Shown piece after piece: positions 19,153-29,726 of a stretch of 64,000 nt of DNA. Where the stretch lies: assembly GCA_023819145.1 (NCBI GenBank), contig JAMWCW010000005.1, positions 22,566 through 86,565 of the forward strand, in the 5' to 3' direction. The stretch comes from Candidatus Omnitrophota bacterium (GTDB taxonomy: Bacteria; Omnitrophota; Gorgyraeia; DTHP01). Every line of letters starts with the position of its first letter. Positions within the stretch are counted from its first letter, which is position 1. The notes under the pieces were generated by a model. That model was not told the origin of the DNA and did no database searches. It saw only the letters and a list, made by a program, of their open reading frames with translations. Position numbers and translations under genes: made by a program.

Positions 19153-20781
19153 CTAAGGATTAAATTTCGCTTTTAGTTTATCAATATTTGACTGGAGATT
19201 AGCGCGCCTCTTTAGGTCTTTAAACCAAATTTCAAAATGTTCCTGTTGTTTCTTGGATAAGGTTTTTTCGCGGAAAGCCTCTTTATCTTTCTCAAAATCC
19301 TCTTCTTTTACGGAAATTTTTTCCTCAAGACGCAAAATCACAAAACCTCTTTCTGTTTTAACTATTGAGGTAGCGACTTGATTAGGATTTAGAGAGAAGC
19401 CAGTCTCTGTAAATTCCTCGGATTTACCAATTCCAGGGATGTAACTGGTGCGGGTGATAAGTTCGGTAGAGACAGGAGTTAAATTGAGTTCTTTCGCTAC
19501 CTCATCCCAATTTCTTGTTTTTAATTCTTCTAAGACCTTCTCCGCTTTTTCCTTTGCCATGAGGTTTGCTTTTTCTTTCTTTAATAATTCTTCAACCTTA
19601 TCTTTTACTTCATTAAATTCAGGGACATAAGGAGGTTTCTTTTCTTTTACTTTCAAAAAGAGATACCCATTTTTAATCTCAATGGGGTCGGATATTTCTC
19701 CTGGCTTCAGCCTAAATGCGTAGTTATAGAATTTTAAGTTAAAACCTATTTCCGGAAGAACTGTGTCTAAGGAAAAATAATCGGTTACTTTGAACAAAAC
19801 CCCATATTTCTTTGCCAATTCTTCTAAGTTTGCCTGAGGGGTGAGTTTTCCTATAAGCTCATTCCTAATTTCTTCCACTTTATCCATCACTCTTTGGCTG
19901 GTTAATCGGGTTTTGATTTTGCCTTTTGTCTCCTCCGTAAGCACTGGCTCGGGAACTGCTTGAGGAGTTTCTTGTTGGCTTTGCGGGGTAGGGGGGAGGG
20001 CAAATTCCTCTTTGTGGCTTTCAAAATATTCCTTAATCTCTTCTTCAGAAATGTTTATTTCTTTCTCTAACATCAACGGGTCTATGAAAATATATTCTAC
20101 TTTTACCGTCTCGGGTTTGCGTAAGAAATCTTTGTTTAAGGTGTAATAGTCAAGAAGTTCTTTCTCGTCCTTTATCTCTACTTTCTCCAGGAAATCTTTT
20201 GTCTCAATAATAAAATAGGAAAATTTTGCCTTTTCATTTTCCTTCACATATTCTTCCTTTAATTCTTCTTCCGAAAGTTTTACCTCGTTATAAATTTTTT
20301 CTACTAACTTAGAAATTTTTAAAGAAGCGCGCATTTCTTCTTCAAACCTTAAAGGATTTGTGCGCAGGTAATATTTTAAAACCCACTCATAAATTTGAGG
20401 GTCGAATTTACCATCTTTTTGAAAAAGAGGAAGATTTCTTAAACGTTCAATTAATTCTTCGTCTTTTACTTTAATCTTTTGTCTCTTTGCCTCTTCTAAA
20501 AGCATCAGCCTATCCCAGGCTTGGCTGTCCAAATCAAGGTATTGGGCAATCTGGTCAAAGAGTTTTCCGTAGATAAGGATTGCTTGATTTCTCACAGCTT
20601 CCCAACTTTCCAGGTATTTTTCTAAACTTATTTTGCGGTTAAATACTTTACCCGCTTGTCCCTGAGCGCGTTCACGGAGCATTGCCCCTCCGCCCCAGAG
20701 CACAAATGCCGGAATGAGAATGATGGCTAAAATCCACATTACTGCCTTTACATTTTCTTTCTTGCGCATTGCCTTTAACAT
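19153..20781 (-). CDS. PpiD/SurA-like periplasmic chaperone / parvulin-type PPIase
   Basis: N-terminal TM (WILAIILIPAFVLWGG), SurA_N-like region (FQKDGKFD), parvulin-like segments (AFRLKPGEISDPI); probable start MLKAMRK at 20781 with GGAG RBS. Confidence 0.85.
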   Translation of the reverse strand: MLKAMRKKENVKAVMWILAIILIPAFVLWGGGAMLRERAQGQAGKVFNRKISLEKYLESWEAVRNQAILIYGKLFDQIAQYLDLDSQAWDRLMLLEEAKRQKIKVKDEELIERLRNLPLFQKDGKFDPQIYEWVLKYYLRTNPLRFEEEMRASLKISKLVEKIYNEVKLSEEELKEEYVKENEKAKFSYFIIETKDFLEKVEIKDEKELLDYYTLNKDFLRKPETVKVEYIFIDPLMLEKEINISEEEIKEYFESHKEEFALPPTPQSQQETPQAVPEPVLTEETKGKIKTRLTSQRVMDKVEEIRNELIGKLTPQANLEELAKKYGVLFKVTDYFSLDTVLPEIGFNLKFYNYAFRLKPGEISDPIEIKNGYLFLKVKEKKPPYVPEFNEVKDKVEELLKKEKANLMAKEKAEKVLEELKTRNWDEVAKELNLTPVSTELITRTSYIPGIGKSEEFTETGFSLNPNQVATSIVKTERGFVILRLEEKISVKEEDFEKDKEAFREKTLSKKQQEHFEIWFKDLKRRANLQSNIDKLKAKFNP

Positions 20782-20857
20782 TGAGACTCCTTTCTTTTTT
20801 AAAAGTTTGGTTTTAAACATCATACTACATAATGTTTTCTTGTGCAAATAAAAAAGG

Positions 20858-20886
20858 TTGAAAATTGTCTTTAGGTAGAATATAAT
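20858..20886 (+). promoter_or_regulatory. Sigma70-type promoter of the V-ATPase operon
   Basis: TTGAAA(20858-63)-17-TATAAT(20881-86), then AAGGAG RBS. Confidence 0.7.
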
Positions 20887-20913
20887 ACCCTAAAATTACA
20901 AAAAGGAGAAGAG

Positions 20914-21528
20914 ATGGCAGAAGATATTCAGAGCTTATTAAAAAAGATTCAGGAAGAGGGGATTAAGGAAGCGGAAGAGAAAGCAACTGCGATTGAGAGA
21001 GAAGCAAAGCGACGTGCTGAAGAGATTTTAAAGAGTGCAAGAGAAGAGGCGGAGAAGTTAATCAAAGAGGCAAAGGCAAAAATTCTCCAAGAAGAAGCCT
21101 ATACTAAAACTTTGCTTCAACAAGCAAGTCGCGACACTCTCCTGGTTATTAAAAAAGAGATTAATACCCTACTTCAGAAAATAATTCTTTTAGAAATTCG
21201 AGAGATATTTAAGCCAGAAGAGTTAAGCAGAATTATCTCAACCCTCGTAAAAGAATACAAGGGCGATCCGACCCAAGAGATAACTGTTTTACTCAAAAGA
21301 GAGGATGCAGATAATATTAGGAATCACTATCTGAACAAACTTAAAGAAGAGGTAAAAAGGGGTATATTGGTGAAGCAATCCGATGAACTTACAGGCGGGT
21401 TTCTTATTAGTTATGATGGTGGAAAATCATATTTTGATTTTAGCGATAGAGCTTTAGCAGAATACATTGGTAACTATTTAAAACCACGATTAAAAGATTT
21501 ACTTAGCGATGTGGTCAAGGAGTCCTGA
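20914..21528 (+). CDS. ntpE: V-type ATP synthase subunit E
   Basis: N-terminal coiled coil (KIQEEGIKEAEEKA..I), GGF.I...G...FDFSD..L...YL.P; first gene of the operon. Confidence 0.9.
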   Translation: MAEDIQSLLKKIQEEGIKEAEEKATAIEREAKRRAEEILKSAREEAEKLIKEAKAKILQEEAYTKTLLQQASRDTLLVIKKEINTLLQKIILLEIREIFKPEELSRIISTLVKEYKGDPTQEITVLLKREDADNIRNHYLNKLKEEVKRGILVKQSDELTGGFLISYDGGKSYFDFSDRALAEYIGNYLKPRLKDLLSDVVKES

Positions 21529-21531
21529 AAT

Positions 21532-22059
21532 ATGCCACGTTACTACACCTATCTTATTTCCAGCCTCCCTTTTCTTAAATTTGACAAAGAACCTCCTTTT
21601 AGTTTCTTGAGATTTTTAGATAAGTGTATGGATTTTATCAGTGAGGAGGAACTGGTGCTGATGAAGACTATCCCTGAGAAAGAGCCCGAGATTCCCCAGA
21701 TAAAACAGAAGACTTTAAAGAGATGGTTTAATTTTGATTTTGCCTTAAGAAATGAATTGATAAAACAGAGGGCATTGATTAGGAATAAGGAGCCGTATAA
21801 ATATTTAAGAAAGACAGAAGAGAATTTATCTCTTTACTCTCTCCAAATCATTAATCAAGCCGTTAAGAATCCTTCCCCACTTGAAGCAGAAAAGATGCTT
21901 GATAGGCTAAGATGGGATTTTCTTGAAGAATTAGAAGCCAGACACTTCTTTGATTTTGATTTTTTGGTTGTCTATGGCATTAAACTTTCTATCCTTGAGC
22001 GTTGGGACAGAATACAAAAAGCAGACAAGGAAGCTCTTTTAGAGCATTTGGTTAATTAA
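21532..22059 (+). CDS. V-type ATPase subunit C-like (DUF2764 family)
   Basis: YYTYLISSLP N-terminus, PLEAEK.LD..RW, HFFDF..L..Y..KL..LERW; lies between E and A. Confidence 0.85.
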   Translation: MPRYYTYLISSLPFLKFDKEPPFSFLRFLDKCMDFISEEELVLMKTIPEKEPEIPQIKQKTLKRWFNFDFALRNELIKQRALIRNKEPYKYLRKTEENLSLYSLQIINQAVKNPSPLEAEKMLDRLRWDFLEELEARHFFDFDFLVVYGIKLSILERWDRIQKADKEALLEHLVN

Positions 22060-22060
22060 G

Positions 22061-23806
22061 ATGACAAGAAAAGGCAGGATTGTAAAAATAAGTGGGAGTA
22101 TGATAGCGGTAGAGTTTAAAGAATTTGTTTTACAGAATGAAGTCGCTTACATTATTCATGGAGAAGAGAGACTTAAATCCGAGGTAATCAGGATTAGAGG
22201 TAATATTGCTGAACTTCAGGTTTATGAGAATACCGATGGCGTAAAAGTGGGAGACAGTGTAGAGTTTACTGGTGAGCTTCTTTCCGTAGAGCTTGGGCCA
22301 GGTTTACTCGGGCAAATTTTTGATGGTCTGCAAAATCCGCTTACTCTTTTGGCAGAACGCTTTGGTTTCTTCTTAAAGCGCGGAGCATACCTTAAAGCCC
22401 TTTCCGAGGAAAGCTTATGGGAATTTACTCCCTTGGTAAAAAAAGGGGACAAGGTAAAAGCAGGAGATAAATTGGGTTTTGTTCCCGAGAAGATATTCAA
22501 GCATTATATTATGGTTCCCTTTGCTTTTAGTGGCGTTTTTGAAATAGAGAGTATTGTTGAGAAAGGCAGTTACAATTTAAGACAACCAATTGCCCATTTA
22601 AAAGATAAAGAACAACGGACTCAGGAAGTTTTTCTTAAGCAATCCTGGCCAGTGAAGATTCCCATTAGAGCATATCGGGAGAGACTTTTACCGGAGAAAA
22701 CTCTGGTGACCAAAATGCGCCTTATTGATTCGCTCTTTCCTGTGGCTTTAGGAGGAACCTATTGTATCCCTGGTCCTTTTGGTTCGGGTAAGACGGTTTT
22801 ACAACAGCTAATCAGTAGACACGCAGAAGTAGATATCGTAATCATTGCCGCCTGTGGAGAACGGGCAGGAGAGGTGGTGGAAACCTTAAAGACTTTTCCC
22901 CAGATTACTGACCCGCGCACAGCAAGACCGTTAAGCGACCGTACAGTGATTATCTGCAACACCAGTTCCATGCCCGTGGCTTCCCGGGAATCAAGCGTCT
23001 ACACTGCGGTTACCATTGCCGAATATTATCGGCAGATGGGGCTTAATGTTTTACTCCTTGCAGATTCCACTTCCCGCTGGGCGCAGGCAATGCGTGAGAT
23101 TTCTGGAAGGCTTGAAGAAATTCCTGGTGAAGAGGCTTTTCCTGCTTATTTGGAATCGCGCATCGCTTCCTTTTACGAACGCGCAGGAAGTGTAAGGTTA
23201 AATGACGGAACAGTTGCTTCTGTAACCATTGGAGGAACAGTTAGCCCTGCGGGAGGGAATTTTGAAGAACCGGTTACGCAGGCAACCTTAAAGGTTGTAG
23301 GAGCATTTTTGGGACTTTCCCGTGAACGTGCGGAAGCAAGAAAATATCCCGCGATAGACCCTTTAATCAGCTGGTCGAAATATAAGAGTTTTATCGATGA
23401 AGATAAAGTCCGCTACCTGCATACGGTTTTGCGTCGAGCCAACGAAATTTCCCAGATGATGAAAGTAGTAGGCGAGGAGGGGATTACGCTTGAAGATTAT
23501 GTAGATTCTTTAAAGGGAGAGTTTTTTGACTTTGTTTATCTTCAGCAGAATGCCTTTGACCCAATAGATGAAGCCACTCCTCAGGAAAGGCAAAAACATG
23601 TTTTTGATTTTATCTATCACAAGGTTATAAAAGAAGATTTTGCTCTCCAAGATAAAGAACAGGCGTTAAAATTCTTCCAAAAATTAAGACAACTCTTTAA
23701 GAGTTGGAATTCAGAAGCCTGGCAAAGCGAAGGTTTTGTAAGTCTGGAGAAAGAAATTAAGATATTCTTGGATGAGAAGAAGAGAGTAAAGAGTAATCAT
23801 GTATAA
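22061..23806 (+). CDS. ntpA: V-type ATP synthase subunit A (catalytic)
   Basis: [11 protein letters not shown]-loop, [40 protein letters not shown]. Confidence 0.98.
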   Translation: MTRKGRIVKISGSMIAVEFKEFVLQNEVAYIIHGEERLKSEVIRIRGNIAELQVYENTDGVKVGDSVEFTGELLSVELGPGLLGQIFDGLQNPLTLLAERFGFFLKRGAYLKALSEESLWEFTPLVKKGDKVKAGDKLGFVPEKIFKHYIMVPFAFSGVFEIESIVEKGSYNLRQPIAHLKDKEQRTQEVFLKQSWPVKIPIRAYRERLLPEKTLVTKMRLIDSLFPVALGGTYCIPGPFGSGKTVLQQLISRHAEVDIVIIAACGERAGEVVETLKTFPQITDPRTARPLSDRTVIICNTSSMPVASRESSVYTAVTIAEYYRQMGLNVLLLADSTSRWAQAMREISGRLEEIPGEEAFPAYLESRIASFYERAGSVRLNDGTVASVTIGGTVSPAGGNFEEPVTQATLKVVGAFLGLSRERAEARKYPAIDPLISWSKYKSFIDEDKVRYLHTVLRRANEISQMMKVVGEEGITLEDYVDSLKGEFFDFVYLQQNAFDPIDEATPQERQKHVFDFIYHKVIKEDFALQDKEQALKFFQKLRQLFKSWNSEAWQSEGFVSLEKEIKIFLDEKKRVKSNHV

Positions 23807-25094
23807 GGTCTATACAGAGATTTTGGAGATTGCTGGAGATGTAATCACGGTTGAGGCCGAGAATGTGGGTTATGCGGAGATAGCCGAGGTAATCTCCAGT
23901 CTCGGGACATCTCTTGCTCAAGTGATTCGTTTGGAGGGAAATAAGGTTTTTCTTCAGGTTTTTGCCGGTAGCAAAGGCATCTCCACGGGAGACAAGGTTA
24001 GATTTTTAGGCCATCCCTTGCGTGTGGCAAGTGGAGAGGCGCTCTTGGGAAGAATTTTTAATGGCACAGGGCTACCCCGAGATAAAGGCCCGAGTCTTTC
24101 TGAACAGGTGGTAGAGATTGGTGGGCCTCCGGTTAATCCCGTGAAAAGATTGATTCCCCATAAGCTGGTGCATACTGGCATTCCTTTGATAGACCTTTTT
24201 AATTCTTTGGTAGAATCGCAGAAGATTCCCATCTTTTCTATTCCCGGTGAACCCTACAATGAACTCTTGGCGCGCATTGCAGTACAGGCGGAGATGGATA
24301 TAATTATTCTCGGGGGAATGGGACTTAAGTATGACGACTATCTTTTTTTCCGCAACATTCTTGAGGAGAAAAATGCTTTTGGAAGAACGGTATTCTTTGT
24401 GCATACCGCCTCCGACCCTATCGTAGAATGTTTATTGGTTCCGGACATAAGCGTAGCGGTTGCCGAGGATTTTGCGTTGAAAGGAAAGCGAGTTTTGGTT
24501 CTGCTTACAGATATGACCAATTTTTGTGACGCTTTAAAAGAAATTTCCATTACCATGGAACAGATTCCTTCCAATCGCGGTTATCCCGGAGATTTATACA
24601 CCCAGTTAGCAAAAAGATATGAAAAAGCAGTAGATTTTGAAGGAGCAGGCTCCATCACCATCATTTCCGTTACCACCATGCCCGGCGATGATGTTACCCA
24701 TCCCATTCCCGATAACACCGGTTACATTACCGAAGGGCAGTTTTATCTTAAGAATAAAGCGATTGAGCCCTTTGGTTCTTTAAGCAGATTGAGACAACAG
24801 GTAAATGCCACCACCCGTTCCGACCATCGCACCTTAATGGATACCATGATTCAATTGTTTGCGCAATACCGAGAAACTTTAGAAAAACGGGCGATGGGAT
24901 TTAAGATGACCGATTGGGATAAAAAACTTTTGCGTTACGGAGCGATGTTTGAAAAAAGGATGATGTCTTTGGAAGTAAACCTTCCGCTTAAAGAAGCGCT
25001 TGATTTAGGCTGGCAGATTTTGGCAGATTGTTTTAAGCCCGAAGAAACAGGGATAAAGCTCAGCCTCATTGAAGAGTACTGGCCTAAAAAGTAG
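23799..25094 (+). CDS. ntpB: V-type ATP synthase subunit B
   Basis: [40 protein letters not shown]. Confidence 0.98.
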   Translation: MYKVYTEILEIAGDVITVEAENVGYAEIAEVISSLGTSLAQVIRLEGNKVFLQVFAGSKGISTGDKVRFLGHPLRVASGEALLGRIFNGTGLPRDKGPSLSEQVVEIGGPPVNPVKRLIPHKLVHTGIPLIDLFNSLVESQKIPIFSIPGEPYNELLARIAVQAEMDIIILGGMGLKYDDYLFFRNILEEKNAFGRTVFFVHTASDPIVECLLVPDISVAVAEDFALKGKRVLVLLTDMTNFCDALKEISITMEQIPSNRGYPGDLYTQLAKRYEKAVDFEGAGSITIISVTTMPGDDVTHPIPDNTGYITEGQFYLKNKAIEPFGSLSRLRQQVNATTRSDHRTLMDTMIQLFAQYRETLEKRAMGFKMTDWDKKLLRYGAMFEKRMMSLEVNLPLKEALDLGWQILADCFKPEETGIKLSLIEEYWPKK

Positions 25095-25115
25095 TCAAGG
25101 GGCAAGAATAAGAGC

Positions 25116-25727
25116 ATGAAGATAAGATTAACACGTGATGAATTAAAACGACAGCGCGATGCTTTAAGCCGTTTTCAGAGATACCTTCCCATTCTGGAAG
25201 TAAAAAAGAAACAATTACAGATGGAAATCTTACACCAAGAACTCTTGCTGGAAAGAAAGAGAGAAGAAGCTAAAAAAAAGAAAGAGCAAATCTTGAACTG
25301 GGCAGGCCTTTTGGCAGATAGCGGGCTTGATTTAAAACCCTGGATTTTACCGCAAAAAAGACTCTACACCACCAAAAACATTGCGGGCATAGACATTCCT
25401 TACCTTGAGAAATTGGAATTTAGTCCCGTTGATTATGATTTGTTTCTCGTTCCTTTATGGGTAGATTATGCCCTTGATGCTTTGAAGGAATGGGTTTCTT
25501 TAAGAGCAGAAGTTGCCAACTTAGAAGAGATAATCGCCATTCTAAAGGAAGAGTTACGCATTACTACCCAGAGGGTAAATCTCTTTGAGAAGATAAAAAT
25601 TCCCCAAGCCGAAGAGGCAATACGCGTCATCAAAATATACTTGGGAGACCAGATGGCAAATGCGGTGGCAAGAAGTAAATTGGCAAAGAAGAAACTTGAG
25701 GAATACGAGGAGGCAGTCATTCGATGA
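25116..25727 (+). CDS. ntpD: V-type ATP synthase subunit D
   Basis: RYLP.LE.KKKQL, ELRITTQRVNLFEKIKIP. Confidence 0.95.
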   Translation: MKIRLTRDELKRQRDALSRFQRYLPILEVKKKQLQMEILHQELLLERKREEAKKKKEQILNWAGLLADSGLDLKPWILPQKRLYTTKNIAGIDIPYLEKLEFSPVDYDLFLVPLWVDYALDALKEWVSLRAEVANLEEIIAILKEELRITTQRVNLFEKIKIPQAEEAIRVIKIYLGDQMANAVARSKLAKKKLEEYEEAVIR

Positions 25728-27526
25728 TTGTTCCCATGAAAAAAATAACGGTGATTGTCCAAGCAAAGGATAAGAAGGCCTTGGTTGAAGAATTGGGAAG
25801 ACTTGGGCTGTTGCACATAGAGCATATCCAGACTCCTTCAGGCAGAGACTTGAATTTGATTAAAGAGGAAATTCAGCAGGTAGAAGAGGCGATGAGGATT
25901 CTTAACTCTCTTGTCTCTTCTAGTAACGGTTTTTTAGCTAAAGAAGAGGATTTGGGAGATTTTAAGAATTTTACTCTCCAAATTTTAGATTTAGCAAAGA
26001 GGATGAAAGAGTTAGAGAGTGATAACCGCGAGCTTGAAATTCGGATAAACGAGTGGAAAGAGTGGGGAGATTTTGACCCTCAGGCAGTTAAAGCACTGCA
26101 CGAAGAAAACATTTCGGTCAAATTCTATAAAATTCCTCTTAAGGATTTGAAAAATCTTCCCTCCGATATTGTGGTAAAAGAAATTTCCAGACGCCGAGGT
26201 TTGGCGAATTGCATAGTGATTTCGCGCAGGGAAATAAATCTTTCCTTCTGGGAGATGCCTCTTCCTGAGATGGGATTAGAAGCAATGGAGCAAAGGTGGC
26301 GGGAGACAAAACAGCTCATTTCTTCTTTAGAGGAAGATTTAAAAGAAAAAAGTATTTTTTTACCCCTTTTAGAAAAGAAGAGGCGGAGTTTGGCAAAAGA
26401 AAAAGAGTTTCTTGAGGTAATAGATGGTATGGGTGAAACAACCGCCCTTAGTTATCTGCGGGGATACATTCCTTCTGAGGAAACAGAGCGTTTTTCCCGC
26501 GTGGCGCATCAAGCGGGATGGGGTTTAGTAATAGAGGACCCCGCTTTTAATGATAATGTTCCCACCCTTTTACGCAATCCGCGCTGGGTGCAGATATTGG
26601 CTCCCATTTTTCGCGTATTGGAAATTTTTCCTGGCTATCGCGAATTGGATATCAGCATCTGGTTTTTGATTTTTCTTTCTCTCTTTTTTGGGATACTCAT
26701 TGGGGACGCAGGTTATGGAGTAATTTATCTTCTTCTGGCTTTTTTAGTAAAGAAGCGCTGGAGATACAGGGTAAGCGATAAATCGGTTTTTCCGCTGGTT
26801 TATCTTTTAAGCATCTCGGCAATCATCTGGGGTGTTTTGAGTGGAACAATCTTTGGCCAGGAATGGCATGCTCATTTTGTTAAACCCCTTATGCCCTTTT
26901 TAAGAAACGATAGAACCATTCAGGGTTTTTGTTTCTTCTTGGGTGCTACTCATTTAAGCATTGCCCATCTCTGGAGATTCATATTAAAATCACCCCACCT
27001 CTCCAGTTTAGGGGAACTGGGCTGGATAGCTATTTTATGGGGGGTATACTTTTTAGCGCGCATGCTTATCTTAGGTGAGGCATTTCCTGTATTTGGGAAA
27101 GTTTTTTTTCTTTCGGGTTTCCTTCTCATTCTCTTTTTTACCCATCCCCAAAGGAATGTAATCAAGGGCGTGGCCAAAGGCATGGGCACACTCCTTTTAA
27201 ATTTAGTGAACAATTTTACGGATGTGGTTTCTTATATTCGTCTTTTTGCTGTCGGTCTGGCTACTGTGGCTATTTCCGATTCCTTTAATCGCCTGGCAAT
27301 GGTTGTAGGTTGGGGAGGATTTTTCCCCGGACTTATCACCTCATTTATTCTCATTTTAGGACATACATTAAACATCTTACTCGGTCCGATGTCAGTGCTT
27401 GTGCATGGAGTAAGACTTAATCTACTTGAATTTTGCAACCATCTTGAGGTAAAATGGATAGGCTTTCCCTACAAGCCCTTAAGGAATAAGGAGGAAGACC
27501 ATGGGAGATTTGTTAGGACAATTTAA
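25724..27526 (+). CDS. ntpI: V-type ATP synthase subunit I (a)
   Basis: MIVPMKK, VPTLLRN, GDAGYG, DVVSYIRLFA, VHGVRLNLLEF. Confidence 0.96.
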   Translation: MIVPMKKITVIVQAKDKKALVEELGRLGLLHIEHIQTPSGRDLNLIKEEIQQVEEAMRILNSLVSSSNGFLAKEEDLGDFKNFTLQILDLAKRMKELESDNRELEIRINEWKEWGDFDPQAVKALHEENISVKFYKIPLKDLKNLPSDIVVKEISRRRGLANCIVISRREINLSFWEMPLPEMGLEAMEQRWRETKQLISSLEEDLKEKSIFLPLLEKKRRSLAKEKEFLEVIDGMGETTALSYLRGYIPSEETERFSRVAHQAGWGLVIEDPAFNDNVPTLLRNPRWVQILAPIFRVLEIFPGYRELDISIWFLIFLSLFFGILIGDAGYGVIYLLLAFLVKKRWRYRVSDKSVFPLVYLLSISAIIWGVLSGTIFGQEWHAHFVKPLMPFLRNDRTIQGFCFFLGATHLSIAHLWRFILKSPHLSSLGELGWIAILWGVYFLARMLILGEAFPVFGKVFFLSGFLLILFFTHPQRNVIKGVAKGMGTLLLNLVNNFTDVVSYIRLFAVGLATVAISDSFNRLAMVVGWGGFFPGLITSFILILGHTLNILLGPMSVLVHGVRLNLLEFCNHLEVKWIGFPYKPLRNKEEDHGRFVRTI

Positions 27527-27947
27527 AGATTTGGGATTAGGGGCAGTGCTTGCCTTTTCTGCTCTGGGTTCAGGTTTAGGTGCGGGAGTAGCAGGAATGT
27601 CGGCAATTGGCGCTTGGAAAAAAGCCTTTGCTCAAAATAAAATTGCTCCCTTTCTCATGGTTGCTTTTGTAGGTGCACCTTTAACCCAGACCATTTACGG
27701 CATGATTCTGATGAACAGAATGGCAGATTTAATTTCTCAAGGGAGTTTTTTGTGGGGCATAGGAATTCTTTCGGGATTAGCAATGGGAATTTCCGCTTTA
27801 ATGCAAGGAAAAGCAGCTGCGGTTGCCTGCGATGCATTGGGAGAAACTGGGAAAGGTTTTGGTAACTACATTGTGGTTTTGGGAATTATTGAGACCGTGG
27901 CTTTATTTGTGATGGTGTTCACCTTGGGTATTTTAGCCAAGTTTTAG
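27501..27947 (+). CDS. ntpK: V-type ATP synthase subunit K (4-TM proteolipid)
   Basis: GSGLGAG, GAPLTQTIYG, SALMQGK, GIIETVALF ion-binding Glu. Confidence 0.96.
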   Translation: MGDLLGQFKDLGLGAVLAFSALGSGLGAGVAGMSAIGAWKKAFAQNKIAPFLMVAFVGAPLTQTIYGMILMNRMADLISQGSFLWGIGILSGLAMGISALMQGKAAAVACDALGETGKGFGNYIVVLGIIETVALFVMVFTLGILAKF

Positions 27948-27964
27948 GATTTCTTAAAAACGAT

Positions 27965-28039
27965 GGGCGATTAGCTCAGCCTGGGAAGAGCACTTGACTT
28001 ACATTCAAGGGGTCAGAGGTTCAAATCCTCTATCGCCCA
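27965..28039 (+). tRNA. tRNA-Val (TAC)
   Basis: GGGCGAT/ATCGCCC stem, CTTGA-CTTACAT-TCAAG anticodon arm, AGAGG-TTCAAAT-CCTCT T arm. Confidence 0.96.
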
Positions 28040-28158
28040 AATTGGCGCATGGCGGTTAGGGTATAACTCGTATAAATTGTTATTTCTTTTTAGAGAAAAT
28101 TTTCGTAAAATATACAAACTCTCTTCACACTATAAACGGTAATTTGTAAACTGATTTC

Positions 28159-28237
28159 GGGCCCGTGGTGCAGCCTGGTTCAGCACGTCAGATTGTCGAT
28201 CTGAAGATCGCGAGTTCAAATCTCGTCGGGCCCGCCA
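28159..28237 (+). tRNA. tRNA-Asp (GTC)
   Basis: GGGCCCG/CGGGCCC stem, TCAGA-TTGTCGA-TCTGA anticodon arm, TTCAAAT T loop, encoded CCA. Confidence 0.96.
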
Positions 28238-28260
28238 GTTGAGAAATGGAGCGTAAGAAA

Positions 28261-28282
28261 GAAAGTCCCTATAGGGACTTTC
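28261..28282. repeat. Perfect 22-bp palindrome downstream of tRNA-Asp (terminator-like or REP-like)
   Basis: GAAAGTCCCTA-TAGGGACTTTC is self-complementary. Confidence 0.6.
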
Positions 28283-28318
28283 CGACGAGAAAACGAGGCG
28301 GCGCTCTTTTAAAAATAA

Positions 28319-29149
28319 GGTAATAGTCACCCATTTCGTACCAAATTTTTGTTGAAAGGAGCATGTTTTAATAACTTAAATATCGTAGGTAAAATGTCTT
28401 CATATCTATGATTAAATCTAAACGAAATTTCGCTCAAATAAAAAATGGAAAAACTTTTTAGGAATTCCCCTATACTGATAAAGCCAGTGTTTTGCATAAC
28501 TCCAGAACCCTTCTATGCTATTAATATGGTCTCTGCCTTTGGGTTTTCCTTTCTCTTTGCTAACAACAACATGCTCGCCTCGCAAAGCAAGTGTTGCATA
28601 CGCGTGCCAATCATCAGTGTAGTAAAGAGATCCTGGCTTTGTATGATATTGTATCAACTTTTGAACAATATCATTTTTTCTTTTGGCAATAGGAAATACC
28701 CGTATCATACCATTCCGTTTCAAAATACCAAAAACAATAATTTTACCACAAGCACCCCAACCACGTTTACCAGGTCTTTTACCTCCAAATGTCGTCTCAT
28801 CACACTCAATTTCACCTGTAAGTGGTTCGCAACATTCTTCTCTAATGCTCAACAACTTGCGAATAACTGTAAAAAATCTCTTGATTGTCTTATAAGATAT
28901 TTTAGTTCTAAACCTGAGCCGATAACCAGGAACTCCCAAAACAAAATATTCCAAAAGTTTCTTTTTATCCTTTTCAGATATCCTAAAGGAATCCCAGATA
29001 CTCTTAAAAGTATATATGTATCTACATTTGTGACACTTAAATCTGTTATCTTTACATTTCCATGCCCAGTGGTGTCCACATTTTGGACATTGCCGTTTCA
29101 TATACAGATATTTTACATAATTTTTGGTTCGTTTTCATTACCTATTACC
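28319..29149 (-). mobile_element. IS1595-family insertion sequence (~830 bp)
   Basis: Imperfect terminal IRs GGTAATAG-N10-CGTACCAAA (28319) and GGTAATAG-N10-CGAACCAAA (reverse complement, ending at 29149) flank an ISXO2-like transposase. Confidence 0.88.
28327..29101 (-). pseudogene. IS1595/ISXO2-like DDE transposase with a frameshift near the C-terminus
   Basis: Zn ribbon CPKC...CHKC, ECDETTFGGK..GKRG, YTDDW.AY, HINSIEGFW. Removing one base of the T6 run (28440-28445) restores HFYLSEISFRFNHR...LVRNG* ending at 28327. Confidence 0.82.
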
Positions 29150-29333
29150 TTATTTTATCGCTTAAGGGCAGAGGCGGACGAGCGACACCTTAATTTACTT
29201 GTTAAAGAGCGAGGACGCAGTCTCAGCCTTTGGCGGGACTGGCCGAATGAGATTACTTGTAATTATAAAAATAGGTTCGAACTTTGTTTAAAAGGCACCG
29301 AAAAATCTTGTTGAGGGATAACATCTTTAACAA

Positions 29334-29726
29334 ATGAAATTACAGATAAAATTTATTATTTTCGGTCTTCTGTTGCTCGTGTTTTTTGGCTCGGCGATTT
29401 TCTTCTACCAGCGTTATCAAGAGACATCCCTGTTTAAATTATTCAATTCCACGGCTGAAGAAAGGATATTCAGTTTTGACCGAATCCTTGAAATAAAAGG
29501 GGAGACCTTAAAGAGCCTTGCTTTTGATTATACCTTTTGGGATGAGATGGTGGATTTTGTCAAGACAAAAGACAGAGATTGGGCAGAACAAAACATTAAA
29601 GAAGGCATAAAATCTTTTGGCGTAGACACTGCCTGGGTATATACAGAAGAATTTGACTGCATTTATTCAACCTGTAATCCCCAAGGCGGACAATGTGGGT
29701 GCCTGCCTTTAGAAAAAAAGCCCTGA
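29334..29726 (+). CDS. N-terminal fragment of a CHASE4-type sensor histidine kinase (TM plus start of CHASE4)
   Basis: TM helix, then DYTFWDEMVDFV (CHASE4-like DxxxWD motif); joins the next ORF by a -1 shift at A7G 29713-29720. Confidence 0.75.
   Translation: MKLQIKFIIFGLLLLVFFGSAIFFYQRYQETSLFKLFNSTAEERIFSFDRILEIKGETLKSLAFDYTFWDEMVDFVKTKDRDWAEQNIKEGIKSFGVDTAWVYTEEFDCIYSTCNPQGGQCGCLPLEKKP

Noticed and set aside
28445-29314. 289-aa plus-strand ORF
   Set aside because: Antisense shadow of the IS1595 transposase with no recognisable motifs.
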